DNA of 64,000 nucleotides from positions 74,524,001 through 74,588,000 of the forward strand of contig CM060733.1 in NCBI GenBank assembly GCA_030704615.1, read 5' to 3'. The notes beneath the pieces were generated by a model. That model had not been told where the DNA came from and did not search any database. It was given only the letters and a program-made list of their open reading frames with translations. Made by a program: the position numbers and the translations under genes. Shown piece by piece: positions 63,560 to 64,000 of this stretch. Each line of letters starts with the position of its first letter. Within the stretch, counting starts at the first letter, position 1. The DNA comes from Takakia lepidozioides. Lineage: Eukaryota; Plantae; Bryophyta.

Positions 63560-64000
63560 ATGATTTCTATGCAGGTTGTTAGGCCCCCTTGCCAACGACA
63601 TCCTAAAGCTTAGAGGAGACTTCTACTCTGGATGTCATCCAGGTGCAGCTGTGTTCTATGTTTCTGTTGAGAGGATTGATGGGTCTACTATAGATGTGGG
63701 TCCTGATATCATCTCTACATGGGATAGTCATTGGAAAATAGCCAATGATGAGTTTGAGAAGTATCTTGAGTCCAAGCCAAAGTTGCATCATCTTCGGGGG
63801 AAGATGTTTCATGTCTGGGATGGGAATCATAGGCTTCAAGCATGGTATCCCTATATCAATGAAGTTCATGGGGCCAACTTGTCAAGACATGTCTGTGTGA
63901 CAAGTTGGGTGCTCAATGCCGACATTGAAAATCGTGGTTCCCTCAGGTCCATCATGGATGGAGTGAATGTGTGAGTTTCCTTTCTATTCTTCATTTACTT
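63560..64000 (+). pseudogene. Gene B ParB-like exon and following intron (runs off window)
   Basis: ORF 63576-63974, FHVWDGNHRLQAW; carries the empty element A site. Confidence 0.8.

Noticed and set aside
1-64000. Prokaryotic or phage origin of the window (ParB, MTase)
   Set aside because: The genes have conserved GT-AG introns and are embedded among LTR retrotransposons and MULEs. No operon structure, rRNA or tRNA genes were seen.

Overview
This is eukaryotic repeat-rich DNA, probably from a non-seed plant or streptophyte (GT-AG introns, Ty3/Gypsy elements, many CAG/CTG transitions). It consists almost entirely of nested and rearranged transposons, and I could not identify a host gene. Main observation: an 11-kb Mutator-like (MULE) DNA transposon, element A, is complete at 36865-47887 with a 9-bp target-site duplication (AAAGGAAAC), and the empty site is visible elsewhere in the window. 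It encodes a GCM-type Zn finger/DDE/SWIM transposase. Divergently from it, it carries a 9-exon cargo gene joining a ParB/Sulfiredoxin-like domain (WDGNHR) to a prokaryote-type beta-class amino (N6A/N4C) DNA-methyltransferase-like domain with an atypical catalytic motif. The first intron of that gene holds a copy-number-variable array of 116-bp units, each with a 40-bp palindrome. Further partial copies of A are present, plus a diverged paralogue of the cargo gene (gene B, shared intron positions). A sister MULE (element C) carries a 4-5 kb GGCGCC-centred palindromic satellite. Positions 20012-34260 are three nested Ty3/Gypsy remnants, one with a DNMT3-like C5 cytosine methyltransferase between protease and RT. 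All domain calls come from reading motifs by eye; no searches were run.
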